A program made the position numbers and the translations under genes. 64,000 nucleotides of DNA from Candidatus Eiseniibacteriota bacterium (GTDB lineage Bacteria > Eisenbacteria > RBG-16-71-46 > CAIMUX01 > VGJL01), in assembly GCA_041946735.1 (NCBI GenBank), contig JBHGAY010000014.1, positions 66,733-130,732 on the forward strand, in the 5' to 3' direction. Of the stretch, positions 37,046 to 50,576 are shown in pieces. The notes under the pieces were generated by a model. The model did no database searches. It saw nothing but the letters and a program-made list of their open reading frames with translations, and was not told the DNA's origin. Every line of letters begins with the position of its first letter. Within the stretch, counting starts at the first letter, position 1.

Positions 37046-39253
37046 TCAGGAAGTGGCGTCCGCGTCCGCCTCGCGCAAGCGGATGCGCGCGTCCAGCACC
37101 AGGCCGTCGCGCGCCGGCCCCTCGCCGAAGACGACCGGGTTGAAGTCCAGCTCCTCGATCTCTTCGACCTCCTCGATGAGGCGCGAGAGACGACCGAGGA
37201 GCGCCAGGAGCGCGCCGCGGTCGACGGCGCGGCCGACGAGGCGCTCGCCGCGGGCGGTCCCGTCGAGGTAGGCCTGGCCGCGAAGACCGTCGAGCATCGC
37301 GCGGGCGTCGGCGTCGGTGATCGGGTTCATGCGGAACACGACGTCGCCGATCCCCTCGACCTGCGCGCCGCCGATGCCGACCGCGAGGATCGGACCGAAC
37401 CCCGGGTCCTGCGCCATCCCCAGCAGGATCTCCCGGCCAGGAGGGATCTGCCGCTGTACGACCCAGCCGGCCGTTCCGGCCGTCCCTGAGGACGAGTCTC
37501 CGAGTCGCGGGCGCAGCGAGGCGACGGCCTGCGCGAGCGCTTCTTCCGAATCGATGCCGAGGGCGATCAGTCCCGCGTCGGCCTTGTGGACGGACGCCGG
37601 GGCGTCCCCCTTGAGCACAACCGGATAGCCGAGCGAAGCGGCCGCCTCCGCAAGTCGCGACTCCTCGCGGTCCCCGATCGGAACCCAGCGCCACGCGGGG
37701 ACCGGGAATCCGGCCGTCTCCGCGACGCGCAGCGATTCGGAGAGAACGAGATCGCGGCGGCCGCGGGCGCGTGCCGGGGCGAGGATGGTCGAGATCCGCT
37801 CGCGATCGATCACGTCGCCGAAGGGCCGCCCTTCCGGCAGAGGGCGCAGCTCCGCATAGCGCGCCATCCGGTCGAGGCAGCGCACCGCCTCCTCCGGATA
37901 AGGGTAGAACGGCACGCGGATCGACAGCTCGGCCTCCAGGTCCGGAAAGGAGCGCTGCTGTCCCATGAAGCATCCGAGGATCGGGGTCTCGCGATGCGAG
38001 GCGGCCGCCTCGTGGATCGCCCGCGCGACGCCCGGCGCATCGATCATCACCGGCGGGACGAAGATCACGAGCAGCGCGTCCACGCCGGGATCGGCGAGGA
38101 CGTGTTGCAGCGCGACGCGATAGCGGTCCGGCCCGGCGCTCGCGATGAGATCGACCGGATTGGCAAGGCTGCACTCGACCGGCAGCGTCGAACGCAGAGC
38201 CTCCCGCGTCTCGCCGGCGAACTCCACGAGGTGCAGGCCGCTGCGCGAGCACGCGTCCGCCGCGAGGATCCCCGGTCCCCCCGCGTTCGTCACGATCGCG
38301 ACGCGGCGCCCGCGCGGGAGCGGCTGGCAGCCGAGCGCGAGCGTCAGCTCGAACATCTCCGGCACCGACGCGACGCGCAGCACGCCGCACTGGTCGAAGA
38401 GGGCGTCGGTCGCGAGGTCGGAACCGGCGAGCGCCCCGGTGTGGCTCGTCGCTGCGCGGGCTCCCGCCGCGCTTCGTCCCGACTTGACGGCGAGGATCGG
38501 CTTCGTCCTCGTGATGCGCCGCGCGATCCGACCGAAGCGTCGCGGATTCCCGAACGACTCGAGATAGAGCAGGATGATCCGCGTGCGCGGGTCCTGTTCC
38601 CAGTAGAGAAGCAGGTCGTTGCCGGAAATGTCTGTCTTGTTCCCCATGCTCGCGAACATCGAGAAGCCGATGCCCATTCCGGCGGCGTGCGAGAGGATCA
38701 CCTCGCCGAGCGCGCCGCTCTGGGTCATGAGCGCGACATCGCCAGGCAGCGCGGGAGTGCGCGCGAAGGAGGCGTTCAGGCGGACGTCCGGCTCGGTGTT
38801 CAGGATCCCCATGCAGTTCGGCCCGATCATCCGCATCCCGTTCGAGCGGACGATCTCGCGCAACCGCCGCTCGCGCTCGGCTCCTTCGCCGCCGATCTCC
38901 TTGAAGCCGGCGCTGACCACGACCAGGCCCCGCACGCCCTTGCGAGCGCACCCCTCGGCCACTTCCACCACCTGCTCCGCCGGGACGACGAGGACGGCGA
39001 GGTCGACCCCCTCGGGGATCGCCTCCACGGTCGGATAACAGGGAAGTGTGCGGATCACCCGCTCGTGGGGGTTCACCGGATAGACCGGGCCGGCGAAATC
39101 CGCCTCGATCAGATTGTTCAGGATCTCGCGGCCGATCGAGCCCGGGCGGCGTGACGCGCCGATGACCGCAATCGAGCGCGGGCGGAACACGGCGTCCAGG
39201 TCGGGAGCGCTCGCGAGCGATTCCGGATCTCGACCGGTCGGATCGTTCAGCAT
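37046..39253 (-). CDS. Acetate/acyl-CoA ligase (ADP-forming), fused alpha-beta
   Basis: FRPRSIAVIGAS, IGPNCMG, QSGALG, SMGNK, KSGRS..SHTGALAG (phospho-His), TNAGGPG, NPVDL, C-terminal ATP-grasp ELDFNP. Confidence 0.92.
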   Translation of the reverse strand: MLNDPTGRDPESLASAPDLDAVFRPRSIAVIGASRRPGSIGREILNNLIEADFAGPVYPVNPHERVIRTLPCYPTVEAIPEGVDLAVLVVPAEQVVEVAEGCARKGVRGLVVVSAGFKEIGGEGAERERRLREIVRSNGMRMIGPNCMGILNTEPDVRLNASFARTPALPGDVALMTQSGALGEVILSHAAGMGIGFSMFASMGNKTDISGNDLLLYWEQDPRTRIILLYLESFGNPRRFGRIARRITRTKPILAVKSGRSAAGARAATSHTGALAGSDLATDALFDQCGVLRVASVPEMFELTLALGCQPLPRGRRVAIVTNAGGPGILAADACSRSGLHLVEFAGETREALRSTLPVECSLANPVDLIASAGPDRYRVALQHVLADPGVDALLVIFVPPVMIDAPGVARAIHEAAASHRETPILGCFMGQQRSFPDLEAELSIRVPFYPYPEEAVRCLDRMARYAELRPLPEGRPFGDVIDRERISTILAPARARGRRDLVLSESLRVAETAGFPVPAWRWVPIGDREESRLAEAAASLGYPVVLKGDAPASVHKADAGLIALGIDSEEALAQAVASLRPRLGDSSSGTAGTAGWVVQRQIPPGREILLGMAQDPGFGPILAVGIGGAQVEGIGDVVFRMNPITDADARAMLDGLRGQAYLDGTARGERLVGRAVDRGALLALLGRLSRLIEEVEEIEELDFNPVVFGEGPARDGLVLDARIRLREADADATS

Positions 39254-39574
39254 CTCGGATCTCCTTCTGCGCCGCCTGCGCCGGCTGCGCCGCCTGCGCC
39301 GGCTGCGTAGCCTGCGCTGTCGCTGCGAACAAGGGTCGAGGCGGGTCGTCTTCCCGGACGCCGGCCCCGCCGCATCCGGCGCGGCGCCATTCTGCCAGAG
39401 CGGGGAGGAGCGCGCACCGGGCGTTCTACGGCGCCCGAGGCGGCTGCAGGGAATCGCGCGCGACGCTCTTGCGCCGGCCCGCGGCCGGAGTCCCTCGTGC
39501 GCCCAACGGGGCTCCCGGTTGAGGCGACCTCCTGCCCGGGAGTAGTCTCGGTGCGGCGTTCGACGGAGGTGGGC

Positions 39575-41326
39575 ATGGAGGCGATGGGTTTGGCGCGGTC
39601 GATCTCGAGGGGGCATCGCGCGCCGCCGGCCGGCGCCCGCGCTTGCGCTCCCGCTCGCGCTCGCTCGCTGCGATTCGTGCTGCCGAGCTCGTTCCCGCTC
39701 TCTCTGGCCTCGTTGAGCCTGCTTCTTCTCGCCCCATTCGCGACCGTCGCCGCCGGCCCCGCCGGCGCCTCCGACGTGACGCGCGCGCCGATCCTCGCCG
39801 GCTCCTGGTATCCGGCTTCGCCGCCGGCTTTGCGCGACACCGTCGGCGCCTATCTGGACGGCGCCGAACGCAAGCTGGCGAGCGTGGCCGCTCCTCGATC
39901 CGACGCCCCCGTCGCGATCCTCGCCCCGCATGCGGGCTACGTCTTCTCGGGACGGACGGCCGCCCTCGCCTACTCGCGCGTGCGCGGACGCCGGTATGAC
40001 CGGGTGATCCTCCTTGCGCCGAGCCATCGCGTGGCGTTCGACGGCGGGGCGCTCCCCGACGCCGGAGCCTTCGCGACCCCGCTCGGAGACTGCCCGGTCG
40101 ACCGCGAGGCGATCGCGGCGCTCTCCCGTGCGCGCGACTTCGCCGTCGAGCCGCGGGCGCACGCGCGCGAGCACGCGATCGAGATCCAGCTCCCGCTGCT
40201 CCAGGTCGCGCTCGAGCCGGGATTCCGCATCGTCCCGATCGTGATCGGATCGCTCAACGACGATTCAATGGAACGGATGCGCCGGGATCTCGCCCCGCTT
40301 CTCGGCCCCGGAACGCTTCTCGTCGTGTCGTCCGACTTCACGCATTATGGTCCCGACTACGGGTACGTGCCGTTCCCGCCCTCGGACGCCCCCACCCGCC
40401 TGCCCGCTCTCGACGACGGCGCGATCGAGGCGATTCTCGCGATGTCGCCCGACCGGTTCGCCGCCTACGGGAAGTCCACCGGGATCACGATCTGCGGCGC
40501 GGAGCCGATCCAGCTCGCGCTCTCGCTGCTCTCGAGAACAGAGACACGGAGCGGTGGCGGCACCGGAGCCGGCTCCGGTGTCGAAGCCGAGCGGCTGGGA
40601 GTCGCGCGCTCGGGCGAGATGCTGTCGGACTGGACGAACTCGGTCAGCTACGTGGCGATCGCCCTCTACCGGTCCCGGCCAGGCGATCCCGGGGAGAAAG
40701 GAGCTGCGATGCAGGCCACGCCGGAGGATTCCACGCCCGAGACGCGCGAGAAGCTCGACTCGCTCGAGCGCTCGTTTCTTCTCGATCTCGCCCGGCGCAC
40801 GGTCGATGCCGCGGTGCGTGGCCGCCCGCTACCCGAGGCGCGCGCCCCCGCGGCGCTCGCGGGGAGCCCGCTCCTCGATTCGCCGCGCGGCGTCTTCGTC
40901 ACCCTCACCGAGAGGGGCCGGCTTCGTGGCTGCATCGGCAGCATCCTGCCGGTCGATCCTTTGATGGAAGCGGTCCTCCATCAGGCGGGGAACGCGGCGC
41001 TGCGCGATCCGCGGTTCTACCCGGTCACGATCGACGAGCTCGACCGAATCTCGATCGAGATCTCCGTCCTGACGCCCCTGCGGGAGGTGCCCGACGCCCG
41101 CTCGATCGAGATCGGGCGCCATGGCGTGCTGCTCACCAAGCGGGGACGGAGCGCGGTCTTCCTCCCCCAGGTCGCTCCCGAGCAAGGCTGGGATCGCGAG
41201 ACGATGCTGCGCGAGCTGTGCCACAAGGCGGGCCTTTCTGGTGACGACTGGCGCGAGGGGGCACGGCTGGAGGTGTTCGAGGCGCAGGTCTTCTCCGAGG
41301 AGGAAGCGCGCGGGGAGGCGCACTGA
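39575..41326 (+). CDS. amrB: AmmeMemoRadiSam system protein B (MEMO) fused to protein A (AMMECR1)
   Basis: AGSWYP, APHAGYVFSG, EHAIEIQLP, SSDFTHYG, TICG, VSY; then GVFVTL..LRGCIG, DPRF, EISVLTP, FLPQVA.EQGW..LCHKAG; start uncertain (39575-39680). Confidence 0.92.
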   Translation: MEAMGLARSISRGHRAPPAGARACAPARARSLRFVLPSSFPLSLASLSLLLLAPFATVAAGPAGASDVTRAPILAGSWYPASPPALRDTVGAYLDGAERKLASVAAPRSDAPVAILAPHAGYVFSGRTAALAYSRVRGRRYDRVILLAPSHRVAFDGGALPDAGAFATPLGDCPVDREAIAALSRARDFAVEPRAHAREHAIEIQLPLLQVALEPGFRIVPIVIGSLNDDSMERMRRDLAPLLGPGTLLVVSSDFTHYGPDYGYVPFPPSDAPTRLPALDDGAIEAILAMSPDRFAAYGKSTGITICGAEPIQLALSLLSRTETRSGGGTGAGSGVEAERLGVARSGEMLSDWTNSVSYVAIALYRSRPGDPGEKGAAMQATPEDSTPETREKLDSLERSFLLDLARRTVDAAVRGRPLPEARAPAALAGSPLLDSPRGVFVTLTERGRLRGCIGSILPVDPLMEAVLHQAGNAALRDPRFYPVTIDELDRISIEISVLTPLREVPDARSIEIGRHGVLLTKRGRSAVFLPQVAPEQGWDRETMLRELCHKAGLSGDDWREGARLEVFEAQVFSEEEARGEAH

Positions 41327-41337
41327 CGCGTGAAGCG

Positions 41338-42594
41338 ATGACGCCTCGCGATGGAGCGGAACAGGGCTGGGACCGCCGCGATTTTCTGATCCGCTGCGCC
41401 GCCGCGGGCGCGGCTTTCGGCCTCGGCCTCGGCCTCGAACCGTGCCTCGAACGTCTCGAGCCGTGTCTCGGACGATGGCTTCCGTCGTCGCTGGCTCCGA
41501 TCGACGCCCTCCCCCACGCCAAGGCACGGGCGGAAGACGTAGCCGAACCGGAACGGGGCGGGAAGACGGGCCGGCCCGCCCCCTCCGACCATGTCGCCTC
41601 CCACTGGGAGCCTCGCGAGGACCGGAGCGTCCAGTGCCGGCTATGCCCGCGCGCGTGCGTCGTCCGCCCCGGATCGCGCGGCTTCTGCCGCGTCCGCGAA
41701 AACGATGGCGGGACCTACCGCTCCCTCGTGCACTCGCGCGTCTCCGCCGCCCACGTCGATCCGATCGAGAAGAAGCCGTTCTTCCACGTCCTGCCGGGGA
41801 CGAACGCGTTCTCGATCGCGACCGCCGGGTGCAACCTGCGCTGCCGCTTCTGCCAGAACTGGGAGATCTCCCAGGCCAGCCCGGGGGAGATCGACGCCGT
41901 GATCGCCTCGCCCGAGCAGGTCGCCTCGGCCGCGGCCGAGGCGGAATGTCCCGTCCTCGCGTTCACCTATGCCGAGCCGACGGTCTTCTGGGAGTTCGCG
42001 CGAGACGTCGCCGACGCGGGACGGACTCGCGGAATCCGGTCGGTCTTCGTGTCCAACGGCTATCAGCAGGAAGCCCCTCTGCGTGAGATCGTCCGAAGGC
42101 TGGCGGCGGTGAAGATCGACCTGAAGGGCTTCACCGAGGCGTATTACGAAGAGGTCTGCGGCGCGAAGCTCGCGCCCGTCAAGCGGACGCTCGAGATCCT
42201 GAAGGAAGAGAAGGTCTGGTTCGAGATCGTCTGCCTGATCGTCCCGACTCGCAACGACGACGAAGCGCAGATGCGAGATCTGTGCGCCTGGGTCGCCGAG
42301 AGGCTCGGTCCCGAGACGCCCGTGCACTTCACCGCGTTCCATCCCGCCTATCGATTATCGAACCTTCCCTCCACGCCGGTCGCCACCCTCGACCGGATCC
42401 ACGGCTATGCGGCGGAGGAGGGATTGAAGTTCGCCTACGTCGGCAACGTTCCGGGACATCCGGCGCAACACACCTACTGCCCCGGCTGCGGAGCTACTCT
42501 CGTGCGCCGCTCGTCGTACACGATCCTCGAGATTCGCCTTCGGGACGGCCGCTGCCCCGACTGCGGCCGAGCGATCCCGGGCGTGTGGACGTAG
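41338..42594 (+). CDS. amrS: AmmeMemoRadiSam system radical SAM enzyme with Tat-like N-terminus
   Basis: CRLCPRAC, DPIEKKPFFH, GCNLRCRFCQNWEISQ (CX3CX2C), FTYAEPT, YVGNV, C-terminal CPGC/CPDC; N-terminal DRRDFL. Confidence 0.94.
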   Translation: MTPRDGAEQGWDRRDFLIRCAAAGAAFGLGLGLEPCLERLEPCLGRWLPSSLAPIDALPHAKARAEDVAEPERGGKTGRPAPSDHVASHWEPREDRSVQCRLCPRACVVRPGSRGFCRVRENDGGTYRSLVHSRVSAAHVDPIEKKPFFHVLPGTNAFSIATAGCNLRCRFCQNWEISQASPGEIDAVIASPEQVASAAAEAECPVLAFTYAEPTVFWEFARDVADAGRTRGIRSVFVSNGYQQEAPLREIVRRLAAVKIDLKGFTEAYYEEVCGAKLAPVKRTLEILKEEKVWFEIVCLIVPTRNDDEAQMRDLCAWVAERLGPETPVHFTAFHPAYRLSNLPSTPVATLDRIHGYAAEEGLKFAYVGNVPGHPAQHTYCPGCGATLVRRSSYTILEIRLRDGRCPDCGRAIPGVWT

Positions 42595-44887
42595 GGGCGG
42601 GGCCGGCCCCCGCCGACGCCGAGGTCCCCCGCGCCGCGGCGAGCGACAGCGCCAGCGCGAGCGCGAGCATCGAGATCAATGCGACGGCGACCGCCGCCAA
42701 CCCGCGAGAAGCGAGCACGAGGACGAGGAAAGCGCCAGCGATCCCGCCGGCCGAGTCGTAGGCCCACGCCGCGGCTCCCTCTCCTTCGCAGAGGAGGGGA
42801 AAAGCGAGACCGCACGAAGCTCCGAAGAGCAGCGCCACTCCGCCGAACGCCACCGTCGCCAGCGCCGGAGGACCCGCCGGGACGGCGAGAAGGAGCGGCA
42901 GCGCGAGAGCCGACGCGCCGGCCGGAGCACCGAGAGCGAGCAGTAGCGCGGCGCCGGGGCGGCGGACCGGCTTCCACGCGGCGAGCGCCGCGCCGAGGGC
43001 CGTCCCGCCAAGGAAAAGCCCGAGGAGCGCGCCGAGCCCGGCCGCGAGAATGCCGACGCGCGCCTGGTAGAGCATCAGCACCATCAGGTCGAGTGCCATG
43101 GCCGCCGCGCCGACCGGCAGGAGCGCCGCGGGGCGCCGCCGCGTGAGCGTCGGCGCCAAGCCGGCTGCGAGGACGACGGCGAGCGAGAGAGCGAGAGCGA
43201 ACCCGCCACCGATGCGGAAGTCAAGGCCGGCGCGTCGCAGCCAGCGGTCGATCGCGCTCGCGAAGGCGGCCGGCCGGAGGTCGGTGTTCGCGGGCGCGCG
43301 CGCGAGCGATGCCGGGCGCTGGAGGAGGCGGTCGGCGGGGAACTCGACCAGGAACCGCTCCGGAGGATAGGTCGCGAGCGCGGCGTGCGAGCGGCGAAGC
43401 CGCGCGGCGAGGGAATCGCCGCGTAGGCTCGCTGGCGGGCTCGCCGCCTTCGAGGCGACCAGGACGAACCGATCCGCGTCGATCGCCGTCACGTTCGCCG
43501 ACTCGCCGAAGGCTTTGGCGAGGGATGTGAAGATCGAGCGGCGCCACGCCTCCGCCTCCGGTCCACGCGCCGCCTCGCCGCCCGGCGCAATGGCGACGAG
43601 CACTCCGGAAGGACCGAGAGCGCCGGCTGCGTCGCGGAACGCCTCGCGGGTCCAGATCCGATTGCCCGCGATCGACGCGGCTTCCCCGCCGATCATCACG
43701 ATGCGGTCCCAGCCGCCGCGCGACGCCGCCTGGTGGCGCAGCACGGCGCGCGGGTCGCCGGCGAGGACGAGCGACGAGGGCGGGAGAGGCGCAACCGGCA
43801 GGGGCTGCCCATCGGGCAGGCGCTGCCCATTCGGCAGGGGCTGCCCATCGGGCAGGCGCTGCCCATTCGGCAGGGGCTGCCCATCGGGTCGGTGCTGCCC
43901 ATCCGGCCGGCGCTGCCCATTCGGCGCGCGCGAGTCCGCGGACAGTCCCGCCAGCTCCGCTTCCGCACGGTCCGGAAGGACGGCGACGAAGCGGCGAATC
44001 CCCGCCGACGCCATCGCGCTCGCCAGCGGAGCCGAGCCGGCGTCCACGGCAAGGACGTTTCGCGGCGCTTCCGCGCCGGCCGCGACGACGAGCGCCGCGA
44101 CGGCCTCCTCGCGGGCCGGGTCGCCGAGCACGGCGCGCGGCCGCTCGTCTGCGAGCAGCCAACGCTCCCCCTCCCGACCGGCTAGCGCGAGCGTCCGGCT
44201 CGGCGTCCTCCGCCATTCGAGGAGGTCGAGTCCGGGATGGCGGGACTCCCACGCGAGGCGGAACAGGGTCGCATCGAGCCGCGCCGCCGGCCCGGCGACC
44301 GCCGCGAGCGCGAGCAGCAAGGCGGCCGCCCGCGCCGCTCTCCCCGGCCCGGCGAGAGCCAGTACCACGGCGCCCGCCCCTGCGAGCATCGCCAGCGGCG
44401 CCGCGCCCGCGATCACGAGAGCGGTGACCGCAGTCCCTCCGATCGCTGCGCCGATCGCCTCGCCCGCATACGCCCTGCCGGCGGGCCCCGCGATCCCGCC
44501 GAACGAACCGGCCGTGAACCAGCCCGCCGGCAGAAGGGCCGCCGCGCCGAGCAAGAAAATGCCTGCGACCGAAGGCTCCTCGCCGGCCCCGACGCCGGGC
44601 ATGGCGAGGAACCGGATGAAGACGACCCCGGCCGCGGCAAGGAGCAAGCCCGCGGAGACGAGAGGGCCGATGCCTGCCTGGAACGTTCGTCCCCCATCGC
44701 GGCGGCTTCGCGCTGCCCAAAAGCGCGCCCCCAGAGCCGATCCGGCGAGCCAGAGAGCGAGGTGGAGAGTGAGGGACAGCTCGTTGCCGGCCCCTCGCGC
44801 GAGAATTTCCCGGATCAGGACCGTCTGGGCGGTGACGGCCGAGATTCCGACGGCGATGGCGTCGCGGTCCGCGCGTTCCCAATGCAC
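42494..44887 (-). CDS. Polytopic membrane protein with degenerate spermidine-synthase-like (class I SAM-binding) domain
   Basis: AQTVLIRE..GNELS, AYAGEAIGAAIG TM block; GDPR, NRIWTREAF..LGPSG, NTDLRP; C-terminal TM block with YQARVG and AYDSAGG; GTG start inferred. Confidence 0.75.
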   Translation of the reverse strand: MHWERADRDAIAVGISAVTAQTVLIREILARGAGNELSLTLHLALWLAGSALGARFWAARSRRDGGRTFQAGIGPLVSAGLLLAAAGVVFIRFLAMPGVGAGEEPSVAGIFLLGAAALLPAGWFTAGSFGGIAGPAGRAYAGEAIGAAIGGTAVTALVIAGAAPLAMLAGAGAVVLALAGPGRAARAAALLLALAAVAGPAARLDATLFRLAWESRHPGLDLLEWRRTPSRTLALAGREGERWLLADERPRAVLGDPAREEAVAALVVAAGAEAPRNVLAVDAGSAPLASAMASAGIRRFVAVLPDRAEAELAGLSADSRAPNGQRRPDGQHRPDGQPLPNGQRLPDGQPLPNGQRLPDGQPLPVAPLPPSSLVLAGDPRAVLRHQAASRGGWDRIVMIGGEAASIAGNRIWTREAFRDAAGALGPSGVLVAIAPGGEAARGPEAEAWRRSIFTSLAKAFGESANVTAIDADRFVLVASKAASPPASLRGDSLAARLRRSHAALATYPPERFLVEFPADRLLQRPASLARAPANTDLRPAAFASAIDRWLRRAGLDFRIGGGFALALSLAVVLAAGLAPTLTRRRPAALLPVGAAAMALDLMVLMLYQARVGILAAGLGALLGLFLGGTALGAALAAWKPVRRPGAALLLALGAPAGASALALPLLLAVPAGPPALATVAFGGVALLFGASCGLAFPLLCEGEGAAAWAYDSAGGIAGAFLVLVLASRGLAAVAVALISMLALALALSLAAARGTSASAGAGPAPTSTRPGSLGRSRGSGRPEGESRGSCTTSGARE
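43797..43922. repeat. In-frame 18-bp tandem repeat x7, alternating A/B units, encoding (P-D/N-G-Q-P/R-L)n
   Basis: GGCAGGGGCTGCCCATCG alternates with GGCAGGCGCTGCCCATTC, plus two diverged copies. Confidence 0.95.
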
Positions 44888-45179
44888 GCGGACGATTGTA
44901 TGCGACGGCGCTGCCGCCCGTCGATGAACAAGCTGCAATGTTCCGAAAATGTCGGATCGCGCCTTCTCGCCCCTGGCCCGCGCGCGCCCTGCGCTCGCCG
45001 CCATCACCGGGATCGCCTCGCGCCGCACGCTCGCAGCTCGCGCTCCATTCCCGCAAACCCGCTGGTTGCCCGCGCGCTGCGCCGCCCGCGTTCGCCGCCG
45101 CGCTGGCGTCCTCCGGATCGCGCTTTTTCGAATACGGATCCCGCGCGGGATGAAGAAAACGAAATCCTGATCGTCGTGG

Positions 45180-45233
45180 TTGACATTTGTGAAAGCGAGC
45201 GGGTAAGGTTCCTTGTTTGTGAACAAAGATGCA
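45180..45233 (+). promoter_or_regulatory. Sigma70 promoter of the act-cox operon with two TTTGTGAA boxes
   Basis: TTGACA 45180-45185, TAAGGT 18 nt later; TTTGTGAA at 45186 and 45216. Confidence 0.55.
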
Positions 45234-45883
45234 ATGAGACGATACTTCCCCTTCCCCAAATGGACGAACGCTCTGAGGCCGGCGATCGCGGTCGCCATCC
45301 TCGGAGGACCCGTCTACCTGATCGTCCTGATCGCGTTCGGGACCTCGGCGCGCACGACCGCGGTGGGGTACCAGCCGAATCAGCCGGTGCCGTATAGCCA
45401 TGCCCTGCACGCCGGCACACTCGGCATCGATTGCCGGTACTGCCACACGAGCGTCGAGAACGCGGCGATGGCCGCGATCCCGCCCACGCAGACCTGCATG
45501 AACTGCCACCAGATGATCCGGACCAACGCCGCGACGCTCCTGCCGGTGCGCGAGTCGTTCGCGAGCGGGATGCCTGTCGAATGGACCCGCGTTCACGATC
45601 TCCCCGGCTACGTCTACTTCAATCACTCCGCGCACGTCCGGCGCGGAGTCGGTTGCGTCAGCTGCCACGGACGGGTCGATCGGATGGAGGTGGTGACGCA
45701 GATGCAGCCCCTGACGATGGGCTGGTGCCTCGATTGCCACCGCAATCCCGAGCGGGCTCTGCGTCCGGTCGAGTACGTGACCAAGATGGATTGGGTGCCT
45801 CCGGAGGATCAGGAAACCATGGGCCGTCGCCTTCGTGAGCAGTACAACATCGACCCTCCCACCGACTGCTGGACCTGCCACCG

Positions 45884-45887
<4 letters not shown>
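45234..45887 (+). CDS. actA: Alternative complex III pentaheme cytochrome c subunit
   Basis: N-terminal TM; QPVPYSHALH; five CxxCH (CRYCH, CMNCH, CVSCH, CLDCH, CWTCH); YFNHSAH. Confidence 0.93.
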
Positions 45888-49030
<3,143 letters not shown>

Positions 49031-49049
49031 CACCGACGAGGCGAGAGCG

Positions 49050-50576
49050 GTGAGCCAGCCGGCGATCGAGCGGGAAGTCCCCGAGCATCCCGGGCTGCGG
49101 CCCCCGTTGATCGCGGGGAACAACGACTTCGGGACGATCACCGACACCGTCTGCGGGATCGTCGAGAAGCCGCGTCCCCCGCGCGCGTGGTACGTCGCGT
49201 TCGGCATCGCGCTGGCCTTCGCGGGCGTGTTCGTCGCGATGGTGGCCTATCTCGTCATGACCGGCGTCGGGGTCTGGGGCTTGAACCACCCGGTCGGCTG
49301 GGCATTCGACATCACGAACTTCGTCTTCTGGGTCGGGATCGGTCACGCCGGCACGCTGATCTCGGCGATTCTCTTCCTCTTCCGCCAGAAGTGGCGGACT
49401 TCGATCAACCGATTCGCCGAAGCGATGACGATCTTCGCCGTCATCTGCGCAGTCCTCTTCCCGACGATCCACGTCGGGAGGATCTGGATGCTCTGGATGG
49501 TCTTCCCGATCCCCACGCAGAACTGGGTCTGGCCGTCCTTCCGCAGCCCGCTTCTCTGGGACTTCTTCGCCGTGTCGACCTACGGGCTCGTCTCCGCCAT
49601 GTTCTGGTACATGGGGATGCTCCCCGACCTCGCTTCGCTCCGGGACCGCGCGAAGACCAAAGTCCGGCAGATCGCCTACGGCATCGCCTCGCTCGGCTGG
49701 CGCGGCTCGAACCGGCACTGGCACCGCTACGAGGCGGCGTACCTCATCCTTGCCGCGCTCGCGACGCCGCTCGTGCTGTCGGTGCACTCCGTCGTGTCGT
49801 TCGACTTCGCCGTCTCGCAGCTTCCCGGATGGCACACGACGATCTTCCCCCCCTACTTCGTCGCGGGGGCCATCTTCTCCGGGTTCGCGATGGTGACGAC
49901 CCTGATGATCCCCTCGAGGCAGTTCTTCGGCCTCAAGGACATCGTGACGCCGCGCCATCTCGAGAACATGGCGAAGGTCATGCTCGCGACAGGCTCGATG
50001 GTCGGACTCGCCTACGGCACCGAGTTCTTCATCTCCTGGTATTCGGGCAACGAGATCGAGCGGTTCACGTTCCTGAACCGCGCGCTCGGCCCCTATGCGG
50101 GAGCGTATTGGACGATGGTGAGCTGCAACGTCCTGATCCCGCAGATCTTCTGGTCCCGCAAGGCGCGGCGCAGCATCCCGGTCCTCTTCGCGGCTTCGCT
50201 GCTCATCAACGTCGGGATGTGGTTCGAGCGCTACGTCATCATCGTCACCTCTCTCTCGCGGGACTACCTGCCGGCCGTGTGGGGCTTCTTCCATCCGACC
50301 TGGGTCGACCTGCTCACGCTCGCCGGCAGCTTCGGCGTCTTCTTCACCTTCTTCCTGCTGTTCGTCCGGTTCCTTCCGATGATCGCGATGGCGGAAGTGA
50401 AGAGTGTCATGCCGCAGGCGAGGCTCGAGGCGGCGGGACATCGGGGCGCGGGCGACTACCACGGCGACATCCCGCAGCAGCACGAATGGCCTCACGGCCA
50501 CGCCCACGGCCCGGCGCACGATCCGGCGGGGCGGGGCGCGCCGGCGATGCGTCCGGCGCCGGAGGACAGACGATGA
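49050..50576 (+). CDS. actC: Alternative complex III subunit C (NrfD family, quinol-binding)
   Basis: [80 protein letters not shown]. Confidence 0.96.
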   Translation: MSQPAIEREVPEHPGLRPPLIAGNNDFGTITDTVCGIVEKPRPPRAWYVAFGIALAFAGVFVAMVAYLVMTGVGVWGLNHPVGWAFDITNFVFWVGIGHAGTLISAILFLFRQKWRTSINRFAEAMTIFAVICAVLFPTIHVGRIWMLWMVFPIPTQNWVWPSFRSPLLWDFFAVSTYGLVSAMFWYMGMLPDLASLRDRAKTKVRQIAYGIASLGWRGSNRHWHRYEAAYLILAALATPLVLSVHSVVSFDFAVSQLPGWHTTIFPPYFVAGAIFSGFAMVTTLMIPSRQFFGLKDIVTPRHLENMAKVMLATGSMVGLAYGTEFFISWYSGNEIERFTFLNRALGPYAGAYWTMVSCNVLIPQIFWSRKARRSIPVLFAASLLINVGMWFERYVIIVTSLSRDYLPAVWGFFHPTWVDLLTLAGSFGVFFTFFLLFVRFLPMIAMAEVKSVMPQARLEAAGHRGAGDYHGDIPQQHEWPHGHAHGPAHDPAGRGAPAMRPAPEDRR

